Source: Pseudomonadota bacterium
GTDB taxonomy: Bacteria; Pseudomonadota; Alphaproteobacteria; UBA11222
Reading direction: 5' to 3'
Assembly (NCBI GenBank): GCA_049323435.1
Contig: JBMOMX010000008.1
Coordinates: 40,609 to 104,608 of the forward strand
DNA: 64,000 nt
Position numbers and translations under genes: made by a program. Below the pieces are notes generated by a model, which was not told the origin of the DNA, did no database searches, and was given only the letters and a program-made list of their open reading frames with translations. Of the stretch, positions 19,854-28,976 are shown one piece after another. How positions within the stretch are numbered: position 1 is the stretch's first letter; each line of letters begins with the position of its first letter.

Positions 19854-21761
19854 CGGACCCGGTTCGCCCGGGGCCTCGAACCAGAATTGATCGGGCCTGT
19901 AGATGCCAAAAAATGCGCCGGGGTTCCAGCCATAATGGGCCTGCGCCGGCACGTTGCGCAGTTTTCTGGACACGACAACGGGTTGGCGCACCTGCGAGAT
20001 GACACCGATACTGAACTGCTGGTCCGCATGGATCGCCAGCATTTCCAGCCATATTTCGCGGCGGCGCGCGCCATCCGCACCGCGCCATTCATCCAGCAGC
20101 GCCAGCAGCTCGCGCGCGGGCGCCAGATCGGGCGCCGTGCCGGTGTTCCCCCCGGTCTGATAATGCTGGCCCCATATCGGCCATTGCAGCTGATCCTGCG
20201 TGACAGGGGCCAGCTCGTCCGGGCTCATATCCGGGGTGGGGATGCCGGTGTCGAAACCGGACCATACCGTCATCATGGAGCGCCCGGCATAGGCGCGCGC
20301 GCGCAACGTATCACGATCGGCCGGCTTGATGAACAATTCAACCCCGATGCGCCGCCAGTCCATGGCGATCAGTTGCAGCACATCGCTTTGTTCGCTGGAC
20401 TGGTCCGCCGTCTCGACGATCAGTTCCAGCCTGGATCCATCCGGCAGCAGCCGCACGCCATTGGCGTCGCGTTTCAGCAATCCCATACTGTCCAGCAATT
20501 GATTGGCCTGGACAGGATCGTGCATGGCCCAGCTTTGCGCCAGATGCGGCGAATACAGCTCAGATTGCGGCAGCACCATATTATTGCTTTCCGACGCCAT
20601 GCCAAAATATAGCGAGCGGTTGATCAGATGCCGGTCAATGCCCATCGACAGCGCGCGGCGAAAGCGCACGTCACGGAATAATTTCTGAAACTGCGGCCGC
20701 TCATAATTCAGATTCGGATAAAGTGCGATATGCGCGCCCGACGCCCCCGGCCACAGGCGCGTAGCATAACCGCCTTGCTGCTCGCCCTTTTTCAATGCGG
20801 TAATGTCGGAAAAAGACAGGCCGCGGGCCTGCAAGTCCGTTTCGCCCGCCATGCTTTTTGCCGGGATCAGCCGCGCCTCGGCCACATGCATGATCACCGT
20901 ATCAATATAAGGAAGCTGGCGGCCCATCGGGTCGATCCGGTGATAATAGGGATTGCGTTGAAAGACATACCGGCTGGCAGGCGAAGGCGTTGTATTGATC
21001 CAGGGCTGCAAGCTGGGCAGATCCGCATTGTCGAAATTATACATATTGTCGAGGCGGTTGTGCAGGCCCGCCCAGTTACGCACCTTGGCCGCCTGCACCT
21101 GCGCCTCCAGCCAGGCCGGATCGCCATAACGGCGATGGAATTTTTTCAGATAATGCGCCGGACGATAGATGAACAGCGGGCTGGCGCCTGCCTGTAATGC
21201 AAGAAATTTAGGATTGGGCTTCGGCCAGCTGTAACGCACGCGCAACGCATCGGGGAATTCCACCTTTGGCGGCACGCCATCCACCAGAAACGCGGTCCCC
21301 GGCCCATTGGGGCTAAGCTCTGGATTATTGGCCACATCTTCCCAGAAATACCGGAAATCCTCCGACGTGAACGGATGCCCGTCAGACCATTTATGTCCGG
21401 GGCGCAGATGCAGGGTAAATATCCGGTCATCAATATTCTCTACACGAAGCAAAATATCCGGCACAAGATTGAGCGCCCGGTCATGGCCCACAAGCCGCGC
21501 ATAGCCAAACACCACCATATGCCGCACTTCGCGCGGATTGCTGATCAGCGTGCGCAGCGTACCGCCCTGCCGGCCCGGCACAGTATCGGGGCCGTCCATC
21601 GGCGCGATCAGGGGCGTCTGCGGCAGCCGCCCGGAAATCGGCTGAAGCGTGCCTGCCGCCACCTGCGCCGCCAGCATGGGCGTCTCGGCCGGAACCGGTA
21701 CCTGCGCCGCAGCCGCACAAGGCAGGATGCACAACAGCATGGCGGCCATGCGCATCAGCAC
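19845..21761 (-). CDS. yejA: ABC transporter substrate-binding protein family 5 (YejA-like)
   Basis: Signal peptide MLMRMAAMLLCILPCAAAA. 638 aa. Confidence 0.85.
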   Translation of the reverse strand: MLMRMAAMLLCILPCAAAAQVPVPAETPMLAAQVAAGTLQPISGRLPQTPLIAPMDGPDTVPGRQGGTLRTLISNPREVRHMVVFGYARLVGHDRALNLVPDILLRVENIDDRIFTLHLRPGHKWSDGHPFTSEDFRYFWEDVANNPELSPNGPGTAFLVDGVPPKVEFPDALRVRYSWPKPNPKFLALQAGASPLFIYRPAHYLKKFHRRYGDPAWLEAQVQAAKVRNWAGLHNRLDNMYNFDNADLPSLQPWINTTPSPASRYVFQRNPYYHRIDPMGRQLPYIDTVIMHVAEARLIPAKSMAGETDLQARGLSFSDITALKKGEQQGGYATRLWPGASGAHIALYPNLNYERPQFQKLFRDVRFRRALSMGIDRHLINRSLYFGMASESNNMVLPQSELYSPHLAQSWAMHDPVQANQLLDSMGLLKRDANGVRLLPDGSRLELIVETADQSSEQSDVLQLIAMDWRRIGVELFIKPADRDTLRARAYAGRSMMTVWSGFDTGIPTPDMSPDELAPVTQDQLQWPIWGQHYQTGGNTGTAPDLAPARELLALLDEWRGADGARRREIWLEMLAIHADQQFSIGVISQVRQPVVVSRKLRNVPAQAHYGWNPGAFFGIYRPDQFWFEAPGEPGPEQ

Positions 21762-23584
21762 GCCGCATCCTCCGCCATACGGACAAAATGCCCTGGCGCC
21801 AGCTGTACCATGCGGCCCCCTTGCCCGGCTGTCAGCCGGAATGGCGCGGGCCAGGCCAGCGGGTCCGTCATGCGTTCGGCCTGAAGACGCTGAAAATCCA
21901 GCGGCGTTGCAATATCGGGTTCCGGAACGGCGGCCAGCAAGGCCATGGTGTAAGGATGCGCGGCGCCGTCAAAAAGCTGCTGCGCGGTTGCGCTTTCAAC
22001 AAGGCGGCCCTGGCACATCACAAGTATCCGTCCCGCGATCGCCCGCACAACCGCAAGATTATGGCTGATAAACAGATAGCTCAACCCCAGATTTTCCTGT
22101 AAATCCTTCAGCAGGCTGATGATCTGCGCCTGCACCGACACATCCAGCGCCGACACCGGTTCATCGCAGATCAGCAGTTCCGGCCGCAGCGCCAGGGCGC
22201 GGGCAATTACAATGCGCTGGCGCTGGCCGCCGGAAAATGCATTGGGATAGCGCTCCAAATGCTGCGGCTCCAGCCCGACAAGCTGCATCAGCTCCCGGGC
22301 GCGTAGCACCTGGCTGGCGCGATCGCCGATGCGGTGAATGATCATGGGTTCGCGCAGCGTGTCGAGAATGGTCATGCGCGGATTTAGCGCCGACTGGGGA
22401 TCCTGAAAAATGAACTGCGCACGGCGGCGATAGCGCAACAGGTTCGCGCCCCGCATCGTCAGCACATCCTCGCCGTCAAAACGGATTTGCCCGCTATCGG
22501 CGGTGACGGCGCGTAAAATCAGCTTGCCCAATGTTGTTTTGCCGCAACCCGATTCCCCCACCAGCGCCACACATTCCCCGCGCGGCAGGGTAAAGCTGAC
22601 ATCGCGCACCCCCGCCAGGGCGTCAGAATCAGCCGCGCCATTTGCGCCATATTGTTTGCACAGTCCCTGCACTTCCAGCAGGGCGGGTGCGGCTGTCTGT
22701 GTGCGCACCGGCTGGGCCGGTCCCTTAAGGCGCGGCGCTGCATCCATCAGCGCGCGCAGACAGGCATGGCCGGGGCGCAGAAAAATATCTTCACGGCTTC
22801 CGGCCTCCATCACTTTTCCCCGATGCAGCACCACGACTTCATCCGCAATATTCGCCACCACCCCCAGATCATGGGTGATCATCAGCGCCGCCATGCGCAA
22901 TTGCTGTTGCAGATTTTGCAGCAATACCAAAATCTGCGCCTGCATAGTGACATCCAGCGCCGTCGTCGGCTCGTCCGCTATCAGCAGCGCGGGGCGGCAG
23001 ATCAGCGCCATTGCGATCATGGCGCGCTGACGCAATCCGCCCGACAGCTCAAACGGATAGGCCCGGCAGGCCTGTTGCGGATCGCTGAAACCGCTCAGGC
23101 GCAACATATCAAGGGTGCGCGCGCGGCGTTCTTTGGCGGAAAGCCGCAGATGCTGGCTCAGATTTTCACTGACCTGATCGCCGATCCGGTGCACCGGCGA
23201 AAGTGCGCTCATCGGTTCCTGAAATATCACCGATATATAACGCCCGCGCAGCGCCCGCATTGGCGCGCTGTTTGGCGCCAGTTTGGCCATATCAATGCGC
23301 GGGGTAGTTTCATCCTCGTCGTGATCGAACAGAATTTTACCGCCGGTCACTCTGCCATTGCGCGGCAGCAATCCGGTGATGGACTGGCCGATGACGGTTT
23401 TGCCGGACCCCGATTCGCCCACCAGTGCTACGATCTTGCCGCGCGGCACGCGAAAACTCACCCCGTCAACTGCGCGCAGCGTCCCGGCAGGCAGGGTGAA
23501 GTCAACCGTTAAATCCTCAACGCGCAGTAAATCGTGCAAGGTATCACTCAAAGATAGGTTTTCTGCTATATAGCGCGGAAGCAT
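21755..23584 (-). CDS. yejF: ABC transporter ATP-binding protein with duplicated ATPase domains (YejF-like)
   Basis: Two Walker A motifs (GESGSGKT, GESGCGKT), ABC signature and Walker B motifs in two tandem halves. Confidence 0.85.
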   Translation of the reverse strand: MLPRYIAENLSLSDTLHDLLRVEDLTVDFTLPAGTLRAVDGVSFRVPRGKIVALVGESGSGKTVIGQSITGLLPRNGRVTGGKILFDHDEDETTPRIDMAKLAPNSAPMRALRGRYISVIFQEPMSALSPVHRIGDQVSENLSQHLRLSAKERRARTLDMLRLSGFSDPQQACRAYPFELSGGLRQRAMIAMALICRPALLIADEPTTALDVTMQAQILVLLQNLQQQLRMAALMITHDLGVVANIADEVVVLHRGKVMEAGSREDIFLRPGHACLRALMDAAPRLKGPAQPVRTQTAAPALLEVQGLCKQYGANGAADSDALAGVRDVSFTLPRGECVALVGESGCGKTTLGKLILRAVTADSGQIRFDGEDVLTMRGANLLRYRRRAQFIFQDPQSALNPRMTILDTLREPMIIHRIGDRASQVLRARELMQLVGLEPQHLERYPNAFSGGQRQRIVIARALALRPELLICDEPVSALDVSVQAQIISLLKDLQENLGLSYLFISHNLAVVRAIAGRILVMCQGRLVESATAQQLFDGAAHPYTMALLAAVPEPDIATPLDFQRLQAERMTDPLAWPAPFRLTAGQGGRMVQLAPGHFVRMAEDAAC

Positions 23585-23614
23585 GGATGTGATCTAGGAT
23601 CGAATGGGGCCCGT

Positions 23615-24514
23615 TTGTTCAGTATTGCACATATGACCGATCCGCATTTGCCGTTGCTGACGCAGGAAATGGGAATCCGCGCGGCCAGGCCCGGCAAACG
23701 GCTGAGCGGCATCCTGTCCTGGCGCATGAAACGGTGTCATATCCATCTGCCGGAAATTCTGGCGGCATTGGTTGCAGACATCAACGCCCACACGCCTGAT
23801 CATATTGTGCTGACCGGTGATCTGGTGAATGTGTCGCTGCCTGCGGAGATCGCCCGCGCATCGCATTGGCTGCAAATGCTGGGCCCGCCCGGCCGGATCA
23901 GCCTGATACCCGGTAATCATGACGCCTACCGGGCCGATATTCTGGATGCGATGCACAAGCAGTGGCAGGCCTATATGCAGGGCGATGCGCCGGGTAATGG
24001 CGCAATGTTTCCTTATTGCCGTATCCGTAATGAGATTGCGCTGATCGGTGTTTCAAGCGCCGTGCCGACACGGATTTTTTCAGCAGCGGGAACCATTGGG
24101 CCCGGCCAATTATCCGCGCTGGACGCAGTGCTGGCGCAACAGGAAAAAGCCGGGCGGATGCGCATTGTGATGATCCATCATCCGCCGGGAACAGCGGGCG
24201 CGTCACGGCGCAAAGGCCTGACGGATCGCGCGGCACTGCTGGATGTCCTTGCCCGCCGGGGTGCGGAACTGCTGCTGCATGGGCATACGCATCGCGCCGT
24301 GCTGGACCGGGTTGCGGGCCCCCGCGGCCCGATCCCGGTACTAGCGCCCGCATCGGCATCTGCGCTGGATCCCCACGGTGAAAATGCCAGCTGGCATTTA
24401 GTGGAAATTTCCCGCACGCCCGCCGGCCAGTGCCGTGCGCAGATTACTGTGCGCGCCTACCGGCCCGCTGCGCAGCAATTTTGCACTATGGCGCAGTTCG
24501 CGCTTTTGCTCTAG
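23615..24514 (+). CDS. Calcineurin-like metallophosphoesterase
   Basis: N-terminal HMTDPHL. GDLVN and GNHD motifs. Confidence 0.75.
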   Translation: MFSIAHMTDPHLPLLTQEMGIRAARPGKRLSGILSWRMKRCHIHLPEILAALVADINAHTPDHIVLTGDLVNVSLPAEIARASHWLQMLGPPGRISLIPGNHDAYRADILDAMHKQWQAYMQGDAPGNGAMFPYCRIRNEIALIGVSSAVPTRIFSAAGTIGPGQLSALDAVLAQQEKAGRMRIVMIHHPPGTAGASRRKGLTDRAALLDVLARRGAELLLHGHTHRAVLDRVAGPRGPIPVLAPASASALDPHGENASWHLVEISRTPAGQCRAQITVRAYRPAAQQFCTMAQFALLL

Positions 24515-24652
24515 ATTTCAACATCGAACAGGGGCTGGCGCTGGTGCGTATTTGCAGCCATGATGGGGCCGATTAAATAGCGCGGCATCCTCCTTCGCTT
24601 ATGCAATGGAGGAGCTTGAGCTTTGAATAAAGAAAGAATGGGGAGTTTAATC

Positions 24653-25450
24653 ATGAACCGCCTTGACGGAAAAATTGCATTGATTACTGGCGGCGCGCGC
24701 GGCCTTGGCGGGGCATCTGCAAAATTGATGGCTGCCGCCGGCGCCAGCGTGCTGATTACCGATCTGCTGGATGAAGCGGGCGCGGCCACAGTGGACGAAA
24801 TCAAGCGCGCGGGCGGAAAGGCGGCCTACCTGCACCATGATGTGGTAGAGGAAGATGCCTGGATCAAGGCGGTCAAATTCGCTACGGACAGTTTTGGCGG
24901 GCTGGATATTCTGGTCAATAATGCGGGCATTGCCGATGCGGGAAAGCCCATCGTGGACACCACATTCGAATCCTGGCGGCGCGTTATTTCCGTTGATCTG
25001 GACAGCCTGTTTCTAGGCATAAAATATGCGATCCCGGCGCTGGCCGCGCGCGCCCCCAAATGGCCGGGTGGCGGATCGATTATTAATATTTCCTCGATCA
25101 TGGGGCTGATCGCCATGCCCAACGCCGCCTCTTATATCGCAGCCAAGGGCGGCGTGCGGCTGTTGACCAAGGCAGCGGCGGTTGAACTGGCGCCCAGCAA
25201 AATTCGCGTTAATTCCGTGCATCCCGGTTTCACCGAAACCGATATGGTGAAAAACGCATTGAAGGATCTGGGCCGGGGTTCTGGCGCGGGCGAGAATATG
25301 GTGAAGGAAATGATCACCGCGCGCCATCCGATCGGCCGCATGGGCGTGCCGATGGATATTGCCAATGCGGTATGTTTCCTCGCCTCGGATGATTCATCTT
25401 TTATGACCGGATCGGAAGTGGTGGTCGATGGCGGTTATGTTGCGCAATAG
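24653..25450 (+). CDS. SDR-family oxidoreductase, paralog 1 of 3
   Basis: TGGARGLG Rossmann motif. NNAG. Catalytic S...YxxxK (ASYIAAKGG). GGAG RBS 8 nt upstream. Confidence 0.85.
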   Translation: MNRLDGKIALITGGARGLGGASAKLMAAAGASVLITDLLDEAGAATVDEIKRAGGKAAYLHHDVVEEDAWIKAVKFATDSFGGLDILVNNAGIADAGKPIVDTTFESWRRVISVDLDSLFLGIKYAIPALAARAPKWPGGGSIINISSIMGLIAMPNAASYIAAKGGVRLLTKAAAVELAPSKIRVNSVHPGFTETDMVKNALKDLGRGSGAGENMVKEMITARHPIGRMGVPMDIANAVCFLASDDSSFMTGSEVVVDGGYVAQ

Positions 25451-25459
25451 GAGGTCAAA

Positions 25460-26257
25460 ATGAACAGAGTGGATGGAAAAGTGGCGCTGATCAGCGGCGG
25501 CGCGCGCGGCATTGGCGGCATGTCGGCGCGCAAGCTGGCCGAGGCGGGCGCAAAAGTGGTGATCACCGATCTGCGCGAAGACGAGGCGCAGGTGACCCTG
25601 GCCGCGATCAAACAGGCGGGCGGCGAGGCGAAATTTTTCAAGCATGATGTGGCCATTGAAGAACAATGGGAAGCCGCGGTGAAGTTCGCGGTGCAAACCT
25701 ATGGCGGCGTGGATATTCTGCTGAACAATGCCGGTGTCGCGGGCGCGGCCAAGCCGCTGGAGGATTTAAGTCTTGATAGCTGGCGCCGCCTGATGTCGAT
25801 CAATCTGGATGGGGTGTTTCTGGGCATGAAACATGTCATTCCCAGCATGAAATCGCGCGCCCATCTATGGCCGGGCGGCGGATCGATCATCTCGATTTCA
25901 TCCATCATGGGTTTTATCGGCGGCGCGCGCGCCGTGGCCTATTGCGCCAGCAAGGGCGGCGTGCGGCTGATGACAAAGGCGGCGGCGATCGAACTGGCGC
26001 CCGCAAAAATCCGCGTCAATTCGGTGCATCCCGGCTTTATCAATACGCCGCTGCTGCGCGCGGGCGAACAGGCGATGAACCAGCGCCAGGAAGGCGGTTT
26101 TCAGAAATTCGTCGATGATGTGGTGTCGCGCCATCCGCTTGGGCGGCTGGGCGAGGAACAGGATATTGCGCACGCCGTGCGGTTTCTGGCGTCGGATGAT
26201 TCCGCCTTCATGACCGGCACGGAAGTGGTCGTTGATGGCGGCTATCTGGCGCAATAA
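25460..26257 (+). CDS. SDR-family oxidoreductase, paralog 2 of 3
   Basis: Same motif set (SGGARGIGG, NNAG, VAYCASKGG). About 55-65% identical to its neighbours by eye. Confidence 0.85.
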   Translation: MNRVDGKVALISGGARGIGGMSARKLAEAGAKVVITDLREDEAQVTLAAIKQAGGEAKFFKHDVAIEEQWEAAVKFAVQTYGGVDILLNNAGVAGAAKPLEDLSLDSWRRLMSINLDGVFLGMKHVIPSMKSRAHLWPGGGSIISISSIMGFIGGARAVAYCASKGGVRLMTKAAAIELAPAKIRVNSVHPGFINTPLLRAGEQAMNQRQEGGFQKFVDDVVSRHPLGRLGEEQDIAHAVRFLASDDSAFMTGTEVVVDGGYLAQ

Positions 26258-26290
26258 CAATAAGTATAATCAACAGGAAGGAACGCCGTA

Positions 26291-27082
26291 ATGAATAGAA
26301 TGGATGGCAAGATTGCCTTTATTTCCGGCGGCGCACGCGGGCTGGGGGCGGAAACCGCGCGCATGATGGCGGCTTGCGGCGCCAGTGTGGTGATCGGCGA
26401 CATATTGGATGATGCGGGCAAGAACACCGCGGCGCAGATCGTCAGCGATGGCGGCAAGGCGCTCTATACGCATCTGGATGTAACGCAGGAAGACAGCTGG
26501 CAGGCGGCCATCAAGGCAGGCGTCGATAAGTTTGGCGGGCTGGATGTGCTGGTGAATAATGCCGGTATTTTCTTTATGAAAAGCACCGAGGATATGACGC
26601 TGGCCGATTGGCATCGCATGAGCGCCGTCAATCTGGACGGCGTGTTTCTGGGCACCAAAACCGCGCTGCCGCATCTGAAGGCGCGCGCCGCCAAGGCCCC
26701 GGTGGGCGGGGCGATTATCAATCTGTCCTCGATCGCGGGCATTATCGGCATCGCCAATTTCACCGCCTATCATATGTCCAAGGGCGGGGTGCGGATTTAC
26801 ACCAAGGCCTGCGCCATGGAATTTGCGCCCTATCGCATCCGGGTCAATTCCATTCATCCCGGCCTGATCGAAACCGACATGGCTAAACAGGTGGTGAAGG
26901 AAATGAGCGGCGTGATGGGTTCCGACAATGCGGTGCGCGACATGTTTGTGCAAAGCCATCCGATCGGGCGCATTGGCGAACCCAAAGACATTGCCAATGG
27001 GATTGTGTTTCTGGCGTCGGACGACAGCGCCTTCATGACCGGATCGGAACTGGTCGTCGATGGCGGCTGGACCGCGCAATAA
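26291..27082 (+). CDS. SDR-family oxidoreductase, paralog 3 of 3
   Basis: SGGARGLGA, NNAG, TAYHMSKGG. Confidence 0.85.
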   Translation: MNRMDGKIAFISGGARGLGAETARMMAACGASVVIGDILDDAGKNTAAQIVSDGGKALYTHLDVTQEDSWQAAIKAGVDKFGGLDVLVNNAGIFFMKSTEDMTLADWHRMSAVNLDGVFLGTKTALPHLKARAAKAPVGGAIINLSSIAGIIGIANFTAYHMSKGGVRIYTKACAMEFAPYRIRVNSIHPGLIETDMAKQVVKEMSGVMGSDNAVRDMFVQSHPIGRIGEPKDIANGIVFLASDDSAFMTGSELVVDGGWTAQ

Positions 27083-27180
27083 GCTATCGACGTGCGTAGA
27101 TTGACGCATTGACTCACGCAATTCTCAGTGTCACCCCGGACTTGTTCCGGGGTCCAGGGCCGCACGTTAAGGCCTTACAA

Positions 27181-27471
27181 TCATGAAATCAGCGCCGGAT
27201 ATAAATCCCGCCACTGGGGGTTATGTGCCTCAATGACATTAATTTTCCACGCGCGAGGCCATTTCTTCATGCGTTTTTCTTGTCGAATGGCGTCGGCAAT
27301 ATTCGGCGCTTCCTCAAACCATACGAGAGTCTTGACGTTATAGTTGCTGGTGAACCCGCCGGTGACACCATTCTTGTGTTCGTAAACGCGCCGCACAATA
27401 TCATTGGTGACGCCGATATACAGGGTTCCATTTCTATGGCTCGACAGCATGTAAACGTAATAGCTTTTCAT
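27181..27471 (-). CDS. GIY-YIG nuclease family protein (UPF0213/YhbQ-like), cargo of the hairpin-TIR element
   Basis: MKSYYVYMLSSHRNGTLYIGVTNDIVRRVYEHK is a canonical GIY...YIG motif block. About 96 aa. Confidence 0.85.
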   Translation of the reverse strand: MKSYYVYMLSSHRNGTLYIGVTNDIVRRVYEHKNGVTGGFTSNYNVKTLVWFEEAPNIADAIRQEKRMKKWPRAWKINVIEAHNPQWRDLYPALIS

Positions 27472-27541
27472 TGCTGTACGTTCCGGCAAAGGCTTTATAC
27501 CCGTCAACCATTTTCGTATGCGGCCCCTGGACCCCCCTGAG

Positions 27542-28595
27542 TTCACGAATCAAGTGCAACACCCTACAAAGGTGTTGCAATGGGAACAAGCTATGGCCAG
27601 CTCGGCCTTAACGAGCGGATAGAGATTTATCGTTTGCATGCAGACGCTCACTCTCTTCGGTTTATCGCTAAAACGCTTGGCCGGGATGTTTCGACGATCA
27701 GCCGGGAACTGAAGCGTAACAGCAAAAATTCACACCGTTGGCGCGGCGGATACGACCCAGTCCGGGCGCAGGAGCTGACGCAACGCCGCCATGCGCGGGG
27801 ACGAACCTATAAGCTGGAACGCCAGCCGGAACTCCGCAAACAGGTCTTCGGCCACCTTGCAATGGGATGGTCGCCTGAACAGATCGCGGGCCGGCTGACG
27901 CTGGCGCAGGGTAAATCTGTAATCAGCCATGAGTCAATCTACCGTTATATTTATTGGCGCGTCTGGTCGTTCAACGAGAACCTGCATTTGCTGCTGCCAC
28001 GCCATAAACGCAGGCGCGGCAGGCAGCGGCGCAAGGACGGTGGAAGATGGGCAGAGCGCATCCACCGCCGGGTTTCCATTGCAAAACGGCCAAAAAGCGT
28101 CAATGCCCGCCAATGCATCGGCCACTGGGAGGCGGACACAATGGCGTTCTCAAAACAGCAACAGGCCGTGCTGGTCCTGATTGAGCGGCGTTCGCGCTTT
28201 ACCATCCTGCAACCACAAAAAGACAAATCGTCCGTATCAACTGTCAGCATAATGGGCGATGTTCTCAAAGCCTTTGCCCCGTCCAAACGCCGCTCCGTGA
28301 CCATGGATAATGGGCCGGAGTTCACCAAACATTATCTGCTGGCAGATCAGCTTGGCCTCAAAACATGGTTCTGCGACCCGCGCTCACCCTGGCAGAAAGG
28401 CGGCGTCGAAAACACCATCGGACGCTTGCGCCGTGTCTTGCCGAGAAAAACAGACCCAGCCCTGCTAAGCTTCGATGACTTCGTCCGTTTGAGTGAACAA
28501 CATAATACTACACCCAGAAAATGCCTCGGTTACTTGACCCCGAAAGAAGTCTTCCTTAATAGAAAGCCTCAACGTGTTGCACTTCAAACGTGAAT
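27542..28595. mobile_element. IS30-family insertion sequence
   Basis: Imperfect ~23-bp terminal IRs (TTCACGAATCAAGTGCAACACC ... CGTGTTGCACTTCAAACGTGAA, 18/23 matches). 1054 bp. The right IR overlaps the transposase stop, as is typical for IS30. Confidence 0.8.
27580..28593 (+). CDS. IS30-family DDE transposase
   Basis: N-terminal HTH region, IGHWEADTM (IS30 GHWEGD motif), rve-type DDE core. 337 aa. Confidence 0.9.
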   Translation: MGTSYGQLGLNERIEIYRLHADAHSLRFIAKTLGRDVSTISRELKRNSKNSHRWRGGYDPVRAQELTQRRHARGRTYKLERQPELRKQVFGHLAMGWSPEQIAGRLTLAQGKSVISHESIYRYIYWRVWSFNENLHLLLPRHKRRRGRQRRKDGGRWAERIHRRVSIAKRPKSVNARQCIGHWEADTMAFSKQQQAVLVLIERRSRFTILQPQKDKSSVSTVSIMGDVLKAFAPSKRRSVTMDNGPEFTKHYLLADQLGLKTWFCDPRSPWQKGGVENTIGRLRRVLPRKTDPALLSFDDFVRLSEQHNTTPRKCLGYLTPKEVFLNRKPQRVALQT

Positions 28596-28976
28596 CCACA
28601 CCCGCAACAAGTGCGGGGTGACACCGGGTGTGGCAAAGCTTCAAGCTAAAAATAATTTCAGTTCGTCCTCCGACGAAACCTAACCGGGCTTTATGACTCG
28701 TATGTCATTGCCATTGCATTCGGAACACACCCAATTTTCTCTGATTTAGCCTTTCGCGTCAGTCCCCCCAGCACCACTGTATAGTCTGGCCGCCCGGGCT
28801 CCACAAAAACGGCAAATATCTGCCGGCCATTTTCCTCCGAGTTTTGCCTCAAGCGCGCTGATGCGGGCTTTGAGGTCATCTACCTCCTCCGGAACTTGAT
28901 GAAGCCGCTTCCAGATAGGAATGCGATCCAAAGCACTGAGCATGTCCTCAACTACGCCTATAGACCCCTCCCCTCA

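Larger units (their letters stand above)
27129..28623. mobile_element. Composite: ~441-bp hairpin-TIR element carrying a GIY-YIG nuclease gene, with a 1054-bp IS30-family IS nested in its right end
   Basis: Left end TGTCACCCCGGACTTGTTCCGGGGTCCAGGGCCGCACG (27129-27166). Right end interior CGTATGCGGCCCCTGGACCCCC (27515-27536) is its near-perfect inverted partner. Terminal CCCGCAACAAGTGCGGGGTGACA (28601-28623) is the exact reverse complement of the MITE terminus seen at 40523 and 47505. IS30 lies between them. Confidence 0.7.

Noticed and set aside
18814-20088. 424-aa version of yejB with an 80-aa N-terminal extension
   Set aside because: The extension overlaps the 3' end of the upstream binding-protein gene in another frame. 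An internal ATG (19853) with GGAG RBS gives a normal-length permease.
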